64,000 bases of DNA from Octopus sinensis (GCF_006345805.1 NC_043014.1:20646001-20710000), one strand, 5' to 3'; shown: positions 13,201 to 25,865, counted from the stretch's first letter. The notes: generated by a model from the letters alone, not told the origin. Program-made: numbers and translations.

Positions 13201-14300
13201 TATGAGGGTAGGCTAACTATGATGGAGTGATGCTACAGCTACGAACGCTTGCTTGTATTGGTTTCAACTCATCTTATTAATAACTGCATTGTTTCCATCC
13301 AGCTAAACTCACAGGAAGCTGTTAAAAAAATATACTTCTGAAATAACTAGTAGTGATTTATCTTGAAAATGAACAAAATTTAGTATCGCACTGTTATCAA
13401 TTACCTGCAGATAAACCGTCTTTCCCCAAGGACATTCATGTTGCTGTGGTTGCTACATTAGAGGATGACGCTCCAGTTTTAATAACAGTGCAAAAATGGG
13501 TAGCTGAATTTAGGAGAAGGTGGACCCTTGAAAATGACCCAAAGTCTGACATCCTGAAACTCTCACCACCGAGGAAAATATTGATTGTGTTTACCACATG
13601 ATAATGGATGACAAGCGATTGACTATGAATCAAATAGCCAATGCCATTTGCATATCCCGTGAGAAAGACGAGGATATTCAGCGCAATGAACTTGGCATGA
13701 CAAAGGTTTCTGCTCGGTGGGTGCTATGTCTTCTGACACCTAATCAAAAGTGCACCAGGCTGATCACATCACTGGAAAATTTGACATTGCTTGAGACAAG
13801 TACAGCTGGTTTCCTGGAACGTTTCTTGATTGAGAATGAGTGCTGAGTTCATCACTATGAGCCAGAATAAAGAGACAATCCATGCAGTGGAAATAGCTCT
13901 CCTCACTTGTTCCAGAGAAGGCCGTGGTCGTTTCTGCATGGAAGGTGATGGCTTTGGTGTTTTTGGATGCAAAAGGCGTTATGTTTATTAACCAACTTCA
14001 AAAGGACTACGCTGTCAATGGGGCATACTATGCCAACTTGCTAAGGCAGTTACGAAAAGGCTATCAAGAGCAAACGACGTGTTTCATCAGGACAATGATC
14101 CAGTACACCAGTCATTGGTTTCACTGGCTGTTGTGTGTGACTGTGACTTTGAACTGGTTGATCAGCCCCCTATTCTCCTGATCTGGCCACCATCTGATAA
14201 TGATCTGTTATCTAACATAAAAGAAACTAGTACCGCAGGGATGATGACTTTCTTGACCAACAGAGTGAAAGCTTCCCCTCCAATTGGATCCAAGCACTGA
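13201..14300 (+). mobile_element. Decayed mariner transposon
   Basis: WVAEFRR, KVSARWVLCLLT, VHHYEPE..QSMQWK, KVMALVFLDAKG, FHQDN in shifting frames; TATGAGGG.. terminus. Confidence 0.8.
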
Positions 14301-14353
14301 AATACTGATTATATATTATTGTGCGTATGTATATAAGTGTGTATATATATACG

Positions 14354-14391
<38 letters not shown>

Positions 14392-14396
14392 ATATA

Positions 14397-14447
<51 letters not shown>

Positions 14448-14505
14448 AATAATATATATATATGTGCATATATACCTACGTATATTTACATACTTACATC
14501 TATAC

Positions 14506-14549
<44 letters not shown>

Positions 14550-14551
<2 letters not shown>

Positions 14552-14984
14552 TCATCATCATCATCATCATTTAACGTCCGCTTTCCATGCTGGCATGGGT
14601 TGGACGGTTCAACTGGGGTCTGGGAAGCCAGAAGGCTGCACCAGGCCCAGTCTGATATGGCACTGTTTCTACAGCTGGATGCCCTTCCTAACGCCAACCA
14701 CTCCGTGAGTGTAGTGGGTGCTTTTTACGTGCCACCGGCACAGGTGCCAGACGGAGCTGGCAGACGGCCACGATCGATGGTGCTTTTTACGTGCCACCGG
14801 CACGGGGACCTGACGAAGCTGGCAACGGCCACGGTCGGATGATACCTTTTACGTGCCACCGGCACGGAGGCCAGTCGGGCGGGGCTGGCTACGGCCACGT
14901 TCGGATGGTCCTCTTACGTGCCACCGGCACTGGTATCACAGCTACAAATTCCATTGATGTTGATAGATTACGATTTTGATTTTG

Positions 14985-14985
<1 letters not shown>
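14550..14985 (-). mobile_element. SINE-like element with GGTTGGCGTTAGGAAGGGCATCCAGC domain, (GAT)n tail and internal ~62 bp minisatellite
   Basis: Tail CCAACCCATGCCAGCATGGAAAGCGGACGTTAAA(TGA)n; TTACGTGCCACCGGCAC repeated four times. Confidence 0.65.
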
Positions 14986-15018
<33 letters not shown>

Positions 15019-15049
15019 GCATGTATGTATGTATGTATGTATGTATGTA

Positions 15050-16316
15050 CGAGGGGCGTTCAATAAGTAATGTCTCCGACCCGCTTGCAATTGTTTGATC
15101 TAGCTGAAATTTTGCATGTACAGTTATTTATACCTCTATAGATTAAGTGGCGAATTACAGCTCTGAACTAATTGTGGTTTCTGATTTACATGTGTTTGAA
15201 CTGAGTCAAGTGTGAAATGGAGCCTCTTGAGTGTCGAGCAGTGATCTGGTTTTTGTATTTGAAAGGACGCACACCACAGGAGACTTTTGATGAAATGAAA
15301 GTAACTTATGATGATGATGCCCCATCATATGACCTTGTAAAACGCTGGCATTGTGAATTCAAACACAGTCGGAACTCTGTGGAAACAGCTCCCAGATCTG
15401 GTCGCCCCCTTCTGACGTTGATGAGACGTCTGTCCGTCAAGTTGAGGCTGCCATTTTGGAATGTCAACGCATAACTATTCGCCAAATAGCCCATAAGGTC
15501 AAGATTAGTACCGGGTCTGTGGAAACTATCATTCATGACCATTTGCATATGAAAAAGGTGTCTGCCAGATGGATTTCCAGGTTGCTCACACCTTTCCAGA
15601 AGCAAGAACGCGTTGAGTGCTCGAGGATGAATTTGGAGATGTGCCAAGAAGATGAGTCAAAACTTTTCAAAAGACTGATCACACAGGATAAAACCTGGGT
15701 CCATCACTATGATCCATAGACCAAAGCCCAGTCAATGCAGTGGAAGCACCGTGACTCACCTCCAAAGAAGGCAAGGGTGCAGCCCTCCGCTGACAAGGTT
15801 ATGCTCACAGTCTTCTGGGACCAGGACGGAGTAGTGATGACAGATTTCCTGGCAAAGGGTACCACAATTACAGGAGCCTATTATGCTTCACTTTTGAGGA
15901 AATTAAGAGAAGCTATCAAAATCAAGAGGCGGGGCAAGATCAGCAAAGGCATCCTCCTCCTGCAGGACAACGCTCTGGTCCACAACTCGCGTGTCGCCAG
16001 ATCAGAAGCACAGGCGTGCAGCTATGAACTCCTCCCCTTGCACCCTCTGATTTTCACCTCTTCCCAGCCATGAAGTTGATTTTGAAAGGAAAGCGTTTCC
16101 CAGATCATGCAGCCTTGATTTCTGAAGTCACGTCGTGGTTGGAGGACCAAGCTGGAGTATTCTACAAAAACGGTCTCCAGAGCTGTATCAAACGATGGGA
16201 GAAATGCATAACTCTGGGTAGTTCCTATGTAGGAACAAACTAATAACTGTGCCAAGTGTCGTTGCTCTACTGCTATGGGAAGTGGGTCAGGGGCATTACT
16301 TATTGAACGCCCCTCG
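15050..16316 (+). mobile_element. Near full-length mariner transposon (1267 bp)
   Basis: TIRs CGAGGGGCGTTCAATAAGTAATG at both ends, TA target duplication. Confidence 0.95.
15217..16243 (+). pseudogene. Mariner transposase pseudogene
   Basis: MEPLECRAVI..HTH, KKVSARWISRLLT, ITQDKTWVHHYDP, LLQDNA, PSDFHLF; frameshifts, a stop and a deletion of the YSPDL region. Confidence 0.9.
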
Positions 16317-16707
16317 TATGTGCATATGTGGGCACAAGACGTCACGAAATTTGTACAACAAAAAATGCGAAGTACGAGTACATGGAATATAACCTATTTT
16401 TTCGGACAAGGAAAGATACAAATGGAAAACAAAACAAACAACATAAAGAACGAACTTTCATCAGTTGTCAGCTGCTTTTCTAGTCTCGTATTTCGAGCAT
16501 TTAACAACAATAAACGCTTTCGGTAAATCAGTTGTCCCGTAAAGCAAATTAAATAAAATTTGGGATTTTGCGGAGGGTCAAAATTGGTAACACAAACAGG
16601 AGAGTGAAAACAAACAGGAATGGCTGCTAAGCCTAAACGAGGTTGTAGTGGCGAACGCGTAAATCAATCATACATATGTGTGTGTGTGTGTGTATGTAGA
16701 TACATAC

Positions 16708-16856
<149 letters not shown>

Positions 16857-17144
16857 CAGACGACTATTAAACATTTTTTTTTTTGTATTTTGCTATAATC
16901 TTATAGTTTGTTTGGAACAATAAAGTACTAACTCGATAATCAACGTTCCAAGACTTTGTCAACCACATCATCAGAATATGAAATATCTGATTTCTCACTA
17001 TACTCAGCTTAATTTTTGTTTTGTTTTGTTTTGTTTTTTATATAAATTGTGCAATGCTAAATGCTTGTCTATGAAAACGTTTATCTGTTTGTTTTTTATT
17101 TTATTATTTTCATTTTCATTACATATTTATCTTCAATAACGCAC

Positions 17145-17340
17145 AAATGAGAACACGGCAATTTGTAGCACAATTTCATTCATCCGTGAATACGTTTGAC
17201 CGTATCCATTTAATCGTGTCCATGCTCCTACAGAATGTTTGCGCGTGTTCTGACGTGTGCGTGACTAAGACTGTTGACAAGGTTCTTGTTGCGATTACCA
17301 ACCAGGCCAACACAAATACCGCACACTTTTACTGATCTTT
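17145..17340. repeat. Unclassified ~200 bp dispersed repeat (inverted copy at 23400-23612)
   Basis: Shared core CTGTTGA.AA.GTTCTTGTTGCGATTA...ACCAGGCCAA; colinear alignment, roughly 70% identity by eye. Confidence 0.7.
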
Positions 17341-17398
17341 TCTAGCCAAAAGATTTTCCCACCTTTCCTCTCACTTTCTCTTTCCCTCTCTCTCCCCA

Positions 17399-17429
<31 letters not shown>

Positions 17430-17542
17430 ATCTATTTATCTATCTAGCTATCTCTCACTTTCTATCTATGCATCTATCTCCCTCACACCCTTCTGCTGCT
17501 TTTCACTCTTTGGAAATATGTGTGTATATGTGTGTGTATGTA

Positions 17543-17574
<32 letters not shown>

Positions 17575-17587
17575 CATCCATCCATAT

Positions 17588-17662
<75 letters not shown>

Positions 17663-17689
17663 AATATACACACACTGTCACAACATTTC

Positions 17690-17742
<53 letters not shown>

Positions 17743-17830
17743 GTGTGTGTGTGTGCATATACATATATTAGTATTTAGCAGAAGTAAGGAAGTGCCTTAC
17801 TTGTGAAAATAGGTCCATATATATATATGT

Positions 17831-17866
<36 letters not shown>

Positions 17867-17890
17867 TTTATTTAAAAGCAGCAGAAATTC

Positions 17891-17943
17891 AACAAAACCT
17901 GTTACTCGGAGTTTCACGTTCCCGTTCGTCGGACAGTTTTGTT
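17891..17943 (-). ncRNA. Type I hammerhead ribozyme (CCGACGA core variant)
   Basis: AACAAAACUGU-CCGACGA-ACG(GGAA)CGU-GAAAC-UCCGA-GUA-ACAGGUUUUGUU: 11-bp stem I with one bulge, GNRA-capped stem II, GUA triplet; AATAAA just downstream. Confidence 0.75.
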
Positions 17944-18082
17944 AAAATAGAACCGATTTGACAATTCTATCAAGACTAGTATACAAATTATGTAAGCAGT
18001 AAATACACATATACGAACACATATTTAGAGACAAGTACGCAAACACACAAGTCCAAGTGGATACATGCATACACATTCATGT

Positions 18083-18486
18083 GTATCTAGAATGCTCCAT
18101 GACACCTTGAAAGGCCGGGCTTCTTTTTCTTTTAGTTCCCAGACATATTTTGCTAGGCTGGTCTTCTTCCTATTTTCTGAGTATCGAAATGAATTTTTGT
18201 GCGAATAAAATCGCGTTTTAAAAGAATTTTCCGAAGCTCCTGTATAAGTCTTATATTCAGATGAGCCTTCTATTTGCACCTTGACTCTATAAACGACCCC
18301 TTTTACCAAACATTTCCCTTCTAACGGACAGGAGGATTCATCTTTACAATTGCATGTTTTAAGAGGATCGGCACTATGTTTAATATCAATTAAATTCCTG
18401 TTGTGCTGGCTAACGTAAGAGGCAAAATTCCTGCAACAAGAATAGCTAATCTTAAGGGTTCTTCTATTAAATATTCTATAAAATTT
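18083..18486 (-). mobile_element. Penelope-like element fragment (Naiad-like): linker + GIY-YIG endonuclease
   Basis: Uninterrupted frame RIFNRRTLKISYSCCRN..HN..TCNCKDESSCPLEGKCLVKGVVY..YTGASENSFKTRFYSHKNSF. Confidence 0.8.
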
Positions 18487-18508
18487 AATATATATATATG
18501 TAAATATA

Positions 18509-20083
18509 CAGTTGCGGTCAAAATGTTCAGAACGGCATTGTTTTCGTCAGAAAAGTAGGTATAAGTTTTTATCAAAGTTGTTTTATATTCTATAATTTTC
18601 ACAGACAATAAATACAATATAAATTGTTATTGTCTGAGATTTTTGTGTAATTTGAGAGGATAATACAAAACTTCTGGATGATTTAGTGATTTACTGCAAA
18701 ATCCATGGCAGCCAAAATTATCAGGACGGTTGAAAATATAACAAAATAATCAAAAATGACAGAGAATACTGAAATTATTTAATATATCTTCGACTGCATG
18801 AAGAAATTAAATTTTCAATTTCTTGCTGGGTGATCTTATTCCATTCTTCCTGAAGGGCATTCCATAATTCCTCGGTTGTTTTAGGATTTCTGGCTTTCGA
18901 ACGTTCTCCTAGAACATTCCACACATTTTCAATAGGATTGAGATCTGGGCTTTGAGCAGGCCAATCCATAACAATAACCTTTTCAACCTTGAGGAAGTTC
19001 ATGATCACCATAGCCTTGTGACATGGGGCATTGTCCTGCATGAATATGGGTGGTCGCTTAGTTGAATTTCTCAGCACAGGCAAGGCATGATCTTTTACAA
19101 GTTGTTTATAAACTCCTGCATTTACCTTTCCATGTAATTACGCTAAAGGGCCCCACACCATCTTCAGATATCATCCCCCCAAACTATGACACTTCCTCCA
19201 CCGAACTTAACACTAGTCTTAAGGCATTTAGGCGACAATTTTTCACCTACTTTTCCCATCTGAGCCAAATAACAGAAACTTAAATTCATCACTGAAATGC
19301 ACCGTTTGCCATTTTTCTTGAGATCACAAAACATGTTTGGTTGCAAAGGTAAGACGACACTTTTTATTCTTGGAACTGATCAGTGGCTTCACTGCAGGTG
19401 CTCTTGCTTGTAGGCCATGTTCAACTAAACGACGAGACACAGTTTTTCGATATAAAGTTTTCTTCAGTACAATGCTCATTTCCCGAGAAACAGCAGCAGC
19501 AGTTTTAAATCTGTCCTTTATAACCAATTTTACCAGAGCACAATCTTCTCTCTTGGTCGTTTTCTTGGCCTACCTGTAGACTTTCTTGCTTCACACGAAC
19601 CACAATCATCGTAGGCCTTAAGAATACCGTGAACAACACTTTTTGACTTGTTAACAATCGTTGCAATAGACCCAATACTTAAATTATCCTTCTTTCGAAG
19701 CTTAATAATCTGCTGACGAATTGGTAACGGAGTAAGTGGCATTATATTAACAAAATACACTACAGATATTCTTACTAATGTTTAGTAAACGAACCGTCAC
19801 GTAAACAAATTCAAAACATTAGAGTTCGCCGGTTAAATATACAAAAACACGGAGTAAAAGCAACCGTTCTGATCATTTTGGCCGCCATGGGTTTTGCAGT
19901 AAATCACTAAATCATCCATAGCTTTTGAATTATCCTCTCAAACTACACCAAAATCTCAGACAATAACAAAGAATATGGTATTTATTGTCTATAAAAATTA
20001 TAGAATATAAAACAACTTTGATAAAAACTTATACCTACTTTTCTGACGAAAACAATGCCGTTCTGAACATTTTGGCCGCAATG
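18509..20083 (-). mobile_element. Tc1 (DD34E) IR/DR-type transposon, 1575 bp
   Basis: ~225 bp TIRs (CAGTTGCGGTCAAAATGTTCAGAACGG..) with an inner repeat of the outer motif; TA TSD. Confidence 0.95.
18775..19742 (-). pseudogene. Tc1 transposase pseudogene
   Basis: GRPRK, FSDEFKF, VKFGGGSVIVWG, FMQDNAPCH, WPAQSPDLNPIENVW; several frameshifts. Confidence 0.9.
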
Positions 20084-20128
20084 TATGTATATATATATAT
20101 ATATATAAAATATGTACATATATATATA

Positions 20129-20167
<39 letters not shown>

Positions 20168-20233
20168 GTAATGCAATACGTTGTACCATATATTTACTTC
20201 TATGTATATAAATATATATATATATATATATAT

Positions 20234-20646
20234 AGGCGCAGGAGTGGCTGTGTGTAAGTAGCTTGCTAAACACACCACATGGTTCCGAGTTCAGTCCCAC
20301 TGCGTGGCATCTTGGGCAAGTGTTTGTGCTATGCTATAACCCCGGGCCGACCAATGCTTGTGAGTGGATTTGGTAGACGGAAACTGAAAGAAGCCTGTCG
20401 TTATGTGTATATAATATATGTGTGTTTGTGTGTCTGTGTCCCTAGCATTGCTTGACAACCGATGCTGGTGTGTTTATGTCCCCGTTACTTAGTGGTTCGG
20501 CAAAAAGAGACCGATAGAATAAGTACTGGGGCTTACAAAGAATAAGTCCCAGGGTCGATTTGCTCGACTAAAGGCGGTGCTCCAGCATGGCCACAGTCAA
20601 ATGACTGAAACAAGTAAAAGAGTAAAAGAGTAAAAGAGTAAAGAGT
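20234..20646 (+). mobile_element. SINE family 1, full-length young copy
   Basis: tRNA-like head with A/B boxes, internal microsatellite, (AAAAGAGT)n tail; flanked by a 46-bp direct repeat. Confidence 0.9.
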
Positions 20647-20708
20647 ATATAAATAGTAATGCAATACGTTGTACCATATATTTACTTCTATGTATATATA
20701 TATATATA

Positions 20709-21047
20709 CTAGCAGTATCGCCCGGCGTTGCTCGGGTTTGTAAGGGAAATAACTATATAAGCATTTTTAGAGAGTTATAGCCAAAAAATAGGGAAAAAAT
20801 GCATTAAAAATGGAAAAAAAATTAAGGTAAATTTCTTTTTAAATCGTTGACACATCGTAGATATTTTTAGAGAGTTACTTCCCTTACATAATAACATAAT
20901 AGACGCGCGCTAATACCCAGAAGGGCTCGATATGATTCACGACTATAAGATACCCGGTTTTGGTTACACTGCACCGCAAAATGTGGGAGTAGTTAGGAAT
21001 CTAAATCGTAGGAGACAGACACACAACTTCACTCTTATATATAAAGA
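20709..21047 (-). mobile_element. Non-autonomous Helitron (short variant)
   Basis: A|TCTTTATATATAAGAG start, CCCGAGCAACGCCGGG hairpin + CTAG|T end; matches 44063-44348. Confidence 0.8.
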
Positions 21048-21159
21048 TATAAGTCACGTAGTTATATACACATACTTTGTTATATACACATTCTTAAAAG
21101 AAAATGTTATTTTGAATACAACATTTATAAAGAATGAAATATTTTTTGGTTTTTCTTAA

Positions 21160-21900
21160 CCCTTTCGTTACTATATTTCTGACCAAAATACACCCCTTAT
21201 GTGTTTCAATTAATTTTTAACGTAATCATAAATTTAGTCTGGTTTCATTAAACAACTATAACTTTTTTATTTATCAATATATTAATCTGATTTTTGGAAG
21301 ATAATTTAATGAAATATTCTCAACCAATTCTACACTATAATTTTTGTCACATAGTGACTCTAATTGCAGGTAGATACAGGTAAATTCAACAATATATAAA
21401 ATTATTAAAATTTTGTTCAAACATTGCTATAGAAAATGGGTTATTAGCTAATATTCAATTGGGTATACAACAAAATTTTACGATAGAATTTGTTATTCTG
21501 GGTAACTTTCTGATACCCATAATAATATTTATGGCAAAATAGGCCTTAATTTCATTTAAGGTTGTGGGAAATAACAAACTATGCTTTCTTTCGCTTTGTT
21601 TACGTTTAGCGTAATGATTTCAAATAGGCTCATTCGAAAAAGTAAAAAGAAATAGTTTAAGGCTTTATACTCTTCTGGGAAAGTCTGTGGCTTGGTGCAG
21701 TTTCTTCAGAAAAATCACCGAAAGAAACAGTTTTTAAATTTTCACTCCATTCAGGTACCAATTCATTTTCTTAATCGCTGTCGGATTCACTGTTTTCACT
21801 TTAATAGCTGCAAACTTGCAAAGACAAAGGAGGAGAAGGGTGATAGCGTCAGTGAAACAGTCGCTCCCTTTGTGTGTGTGTGCGTTTGCGTGTGGTGTAT
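21160..21900 (-). mobile_element. piggyBac-derived remnant
   Basis: TTAA|CCCTTTCGTTAC terminus; minus-strand remnant EWSENLK..FSEETAPSHRL/PEEYKALNYFFLLF..LFEII resembles the piggyBac transposase N-terminus; other end not found. Confidence 0.55.
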
Positions 21901-21949
21901 CCCACATTAAGAAAAACATTTGACATATACACCAGAATGTGAGTTTTCT

Positions 21950-22112
21950 CTAAATTTTGCTTAATTGGAGTTGAAATTTTAAAAACCGGACCTGGCAAAA
22001 CCCGATGCATTCTACTCTTAAAAATGCTAGGTAAATTGTAATTGAAGAAATCCTATATTGTAGATTTCTATAACTGACAAAGGGAGGCAGATAAAATCTG
22101 CCTTTTATAATA

Positions 22113-22116
<4 letters not shown>
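21950..22116 (-). mobile_element. Possible Helitron 5' end
   Basis: A|TCTTATTATAAAAGGCAG start resembling the other Helitron heads; no 3' end seen. Confidence 0.35.
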
Positions 22117-22150
<34 letters not shown>

Positions 22151-22154
22151 TAAG

Positions 22155-22186
<32 letters not shown>

Positions 22187-22229
22187 TATAATATATATAA
22201 ATTTATATATATATATATATATAAATATA

Positions 22230-22282
<53 letters not shown>

Positions 22283-22404
22283 GGTGTGTAAATACATATA
22301 TATATATGTAAATATATATATATGAAAATATATATATATATGTAAATATATATATGTATATATGTAAAAATATATATATGTATGTAAATATATACATATA
22401 TATA

Positions 22405-22706
22405 TCGCGGGACCACGGGACCGACCAGACCATCAGATGTTGTTACACATCGCTGGTCACAATGCGTTCGCATTGTTTTAGCCTTCAAATGACGCCACCC
22501 CGCTGGCTAAGCGAGCAGGCCAACAGAAGAAAGAGTGGGAGAAAGAGTGGTGAAAGAGTACAACAGGGATCACCACCCCCTGCCGGAGCCTCATGGAGCT
22601 TTTGGGTGTTTTCGCTCAATAACACTCACAACGCCCGGTCTGGGAATCGAAACCTCGATCCTGCGACCGCGAGTCTGCTGCCCTAACCACTAGGCCATTG
22701 CGCCTC

Positions 22707-22708
<2 letters not shown>
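22405..22708 (-). mobile_element. tRNA-derived SINE family 3
   Basis: Head TGGAGGCGCAATGGCCTAGTGGTTAGGG..GGTTTCGATTCCCAGACC; second copy at 33887-34050. Confidence 0.85.
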
Positions 22709-22766
<58 letters not shown>

Positions 22767-23737
22767 AATAACTCAAAAATTTATGTTGCATGGTATTCGG
22801 TAAACCTGTATTTGGGTGTGCTGTGTGTGTGTGTGTGTGCTGTGTGTGTGTGTGTGTGTGTGTGTTTGTGTGTGTGTGCGTGCATGTGTTCCTGACTCAG
22901 CGTATTCAGCAAGATAATTGCCTTATCCTGTCTCTAGTAGAGAAGAAACCATGAGACATAAAATAAGCATATTTTATGGCCTAGATAACTAGCATTAATT
23001 AAGCAAAATGAAACAAAAATGAGCTATGAGAAATAATTCAAAGTTTTCAGTGTTATGTATTTGAACAACATAGACTAATACATGTGTATCAAATATCATA
23101 CAATATACATTTTGATTTATTCAGTTTTTCTCCGCCTCTCGAGGATATATTATAATTAACGAATGTTAATGGAGAACAGCGCCATATTCACATACACATA
23201 ACATATAGGCCCTCAACTTTCTCCCACTAACAAATACGTACTCATGCGTACCCTCATATATATATTCATGGGAGGAACGTGACCAGAGAGTGGAAAACGC
23301 TAGATAGGCGAGAAAAAAGAGAGATGGGTAAGGAAGGAGAGAATTTGGGCGAGGTTAAAGGCGAAACAGAATACGAACGATAAAGGATGACTTAACTCGA
23401 AGTAGAGGGAATGGTCAATAAAAAGTGTGTGGTGATTGCATTGGCCTGGTCAATAATCGCAACAAGAACTTTATCAACAGCATTAGACGCACACACATCA
23501 CAACACACACAAACACTTTTCAGGAATGTAGACAGAATTATAGACATATGGTCACACGTAATTATGGACAAAGAAAGTTGTGCAAAAAGCTCGCATGATC
23601 TCACTTGTGCACAGATATGTACACATACATACATATATACATACATGTTTACATACATATTTGCATAAACACACACACACACGTAGATATATACGCATAT
23701 ATATAGATATATGCACATATACATATATACATACATA

Positions 23738-23811
<74 letters not shown>

Positions 23812-24293
23812 TAATACATGTGTATCAAATATCATACCATGTACCTTTTGATTTATTCAGTTTTTCTCCGCCTCTCAAGGATATATTATAATTAACGAAT
23901 GTTAATGGAGAACAGCGCCATATTCACATACACATAACCTACAGGCTCTCTGGATTAACTATATATATATATATATTTATATATACATATGCATATGTCA
24001 GTGTATGTATATGTTTGTTTGTGTGTGCGTGATTGCTGAATGTCTAAGTAGTCCTATTCGCTATACACAAGATCCCAGACTCGATTTCGCTTCGTGACAT
24101 CTTCTGCAGGTATCATTTGGCACAGCCTACGATCGAACCAGACATTGTGACGGACTGTTTGTAGACGGAAACGGTTATCTTGCTAGATAGATTTATGAAT
24201 CAAAGACTAGGCATTATCATATTGTGGTATAATAATTCTGACTGCAATTTGCATAAAATATACTCGTCTTCATAGAAATACGCAGCCGTATAC

Positions 24294-24480
24294 AGGCGCT
24301 GGCGTGGCTGTGTGGTAAGAAGTTTACTTTCCAACAACACGGTTTCGCGTTCAGTCCCACTGCGTGACTCCTCTTCTGCTATAGCATCGGGCCAACCAAG
24401 GTCTTGTGAGTGGATTTCAAAGCTGAAAGACGCCCGTCGTTTAAATACAGGTGTGTGTGTGTCTGTTTCTGTGTGTGTGT
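24294..24480 (+). mobile_element. SINE family 1, 5' half
   Basis: AGGCGCTGGCGTGGCTGTGTGGTAAG..GTTCAGTCCCACTGCGTG. Confidence 0.75.
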
Positions 24481-24682
24481 GAGTGTGTATGTGTGTATGT
24501 GTGTGTGTGTGTGTGTACACGCGCGCGTGCACACACACACTCACAAACAGACGACTCACTCACATTTATACCCAGACACAAACGTACAAATTCGTACATA
24601 CAAATACATAGGTAATTATTGCACACCGGCCCATCCTTACAAACACGTGCTTTACACTCACACACAAGGGCACAAACATAGA

Positions 24683-24727
<45 letters not shown>

Positions 24728-24983
24728 TCACGTAGAGGCACGTACAGACACGCACAACGATAAAAGAAAATGTAATTTAATTAAGAAGGGTTACTGGTCG
24801 CATAATAGCGTAATAAAAAGGCGCTTCATTATTTCCAATATCTTCAACTTCAGAAAGAAGCACAATAGGTTACATTACATTCATTTGGCAAATATGTTAG
24901 TTGTTAGTTGAGTTTATTGGAGGTAAATCCACACACTTGTTTCTTAGTTCTCGTTGACGAAAATGCATACATACATACATATA

Positions 24984-25015
<32 letters not shown>

Positions 25016-25032
25016 CATACATACATACATAC

Positions 25033-25690
25033 ACCGAAGATATTACCCACGTCATAAGCAGTTGTTCCAAAATGTCATCACGGTAGAATCTGCTGATGAG
25101 ATACTACCGTGATTGTAGCTAGGAGGCTCTGTAATGAAATTCATCGGAAGGATAATCCCGAGGACAAACAAATAAGAACCCACAGTATGGTAGAAGCCAT
25201 AGTCATTCATAATTAAAAGGTGTACCGGTGGAATGTACCAGTGAAGACTTCAATAAAATGTAAGCACGACAGGCCTTATATAATGATTTGGGATTGAGAA
25301 GAGAAACTGTGTATAGTTATGGAAATTAGCTGCCCACCGGATGTTAACATAAAGCTGAAGATCAGTGAAAAAGAGAATACCTACCGTAAGCTAATGAGAA
25401 GTCAGCAGTTACAATATCCAGATTACAAATTCAGGTTTATACCTGTAATGATTGGGGCCCTGGGATATGTAACACACTGCCTAAATACCAATCTTGAGAA
25501 ATTAGGCTTCTCAGAGCTAGAGAGGAGAAAGCTAATCAGAAAATTACTGCTTTAAGCCATCACTGGAACTGTAAAAATCTGTAAAATTTGCAGAAGTTTA
25601 TCATTTAAGTATATATGAGCATGTCTAGATATGCAACTATATGCTAGAGAATACATACATAAAGCAAAACATACAAATCTGCACATATAC
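25033..25690 (+). mobile_element. 5'-truncated RLE-type (R4/NeSL-like) LINE in (TACA)n
   Basis: EDITHVISSC (zinc knuckle), RPYIMIWD..MEISCPPD (PD..D/E nuclease), FIPVMIGALG; (TACA)n at both ends. Confidence 0.8.
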
Positions 25691-25865
25691 ATACATACAT
25701 ATATGCATACATACATGCATACATACATACATACATACATACATACATACGTACATACATACATACATACATACATACGTCCGAAGTCAGGACGCCATGA
25801 TAGATCGTTAGCTCCTACACGCATTTTTTCTCTCCTTCTTTCTCTCCTTGTTTCTTTTCTGTGTA

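Noticed and set aside
14720-14935. Regularly spaced repeats resembling a CRISPR array
   Set aside because: The spacers are homologous to one another, the context is eukaryotic and there are no cas genes; it is a minisatellite.
22635-22708. tRNA-like sequence
   Set aside because: It is the head of a multi-copy SINE and continues into the SINE body; it is not a tRNA gene.
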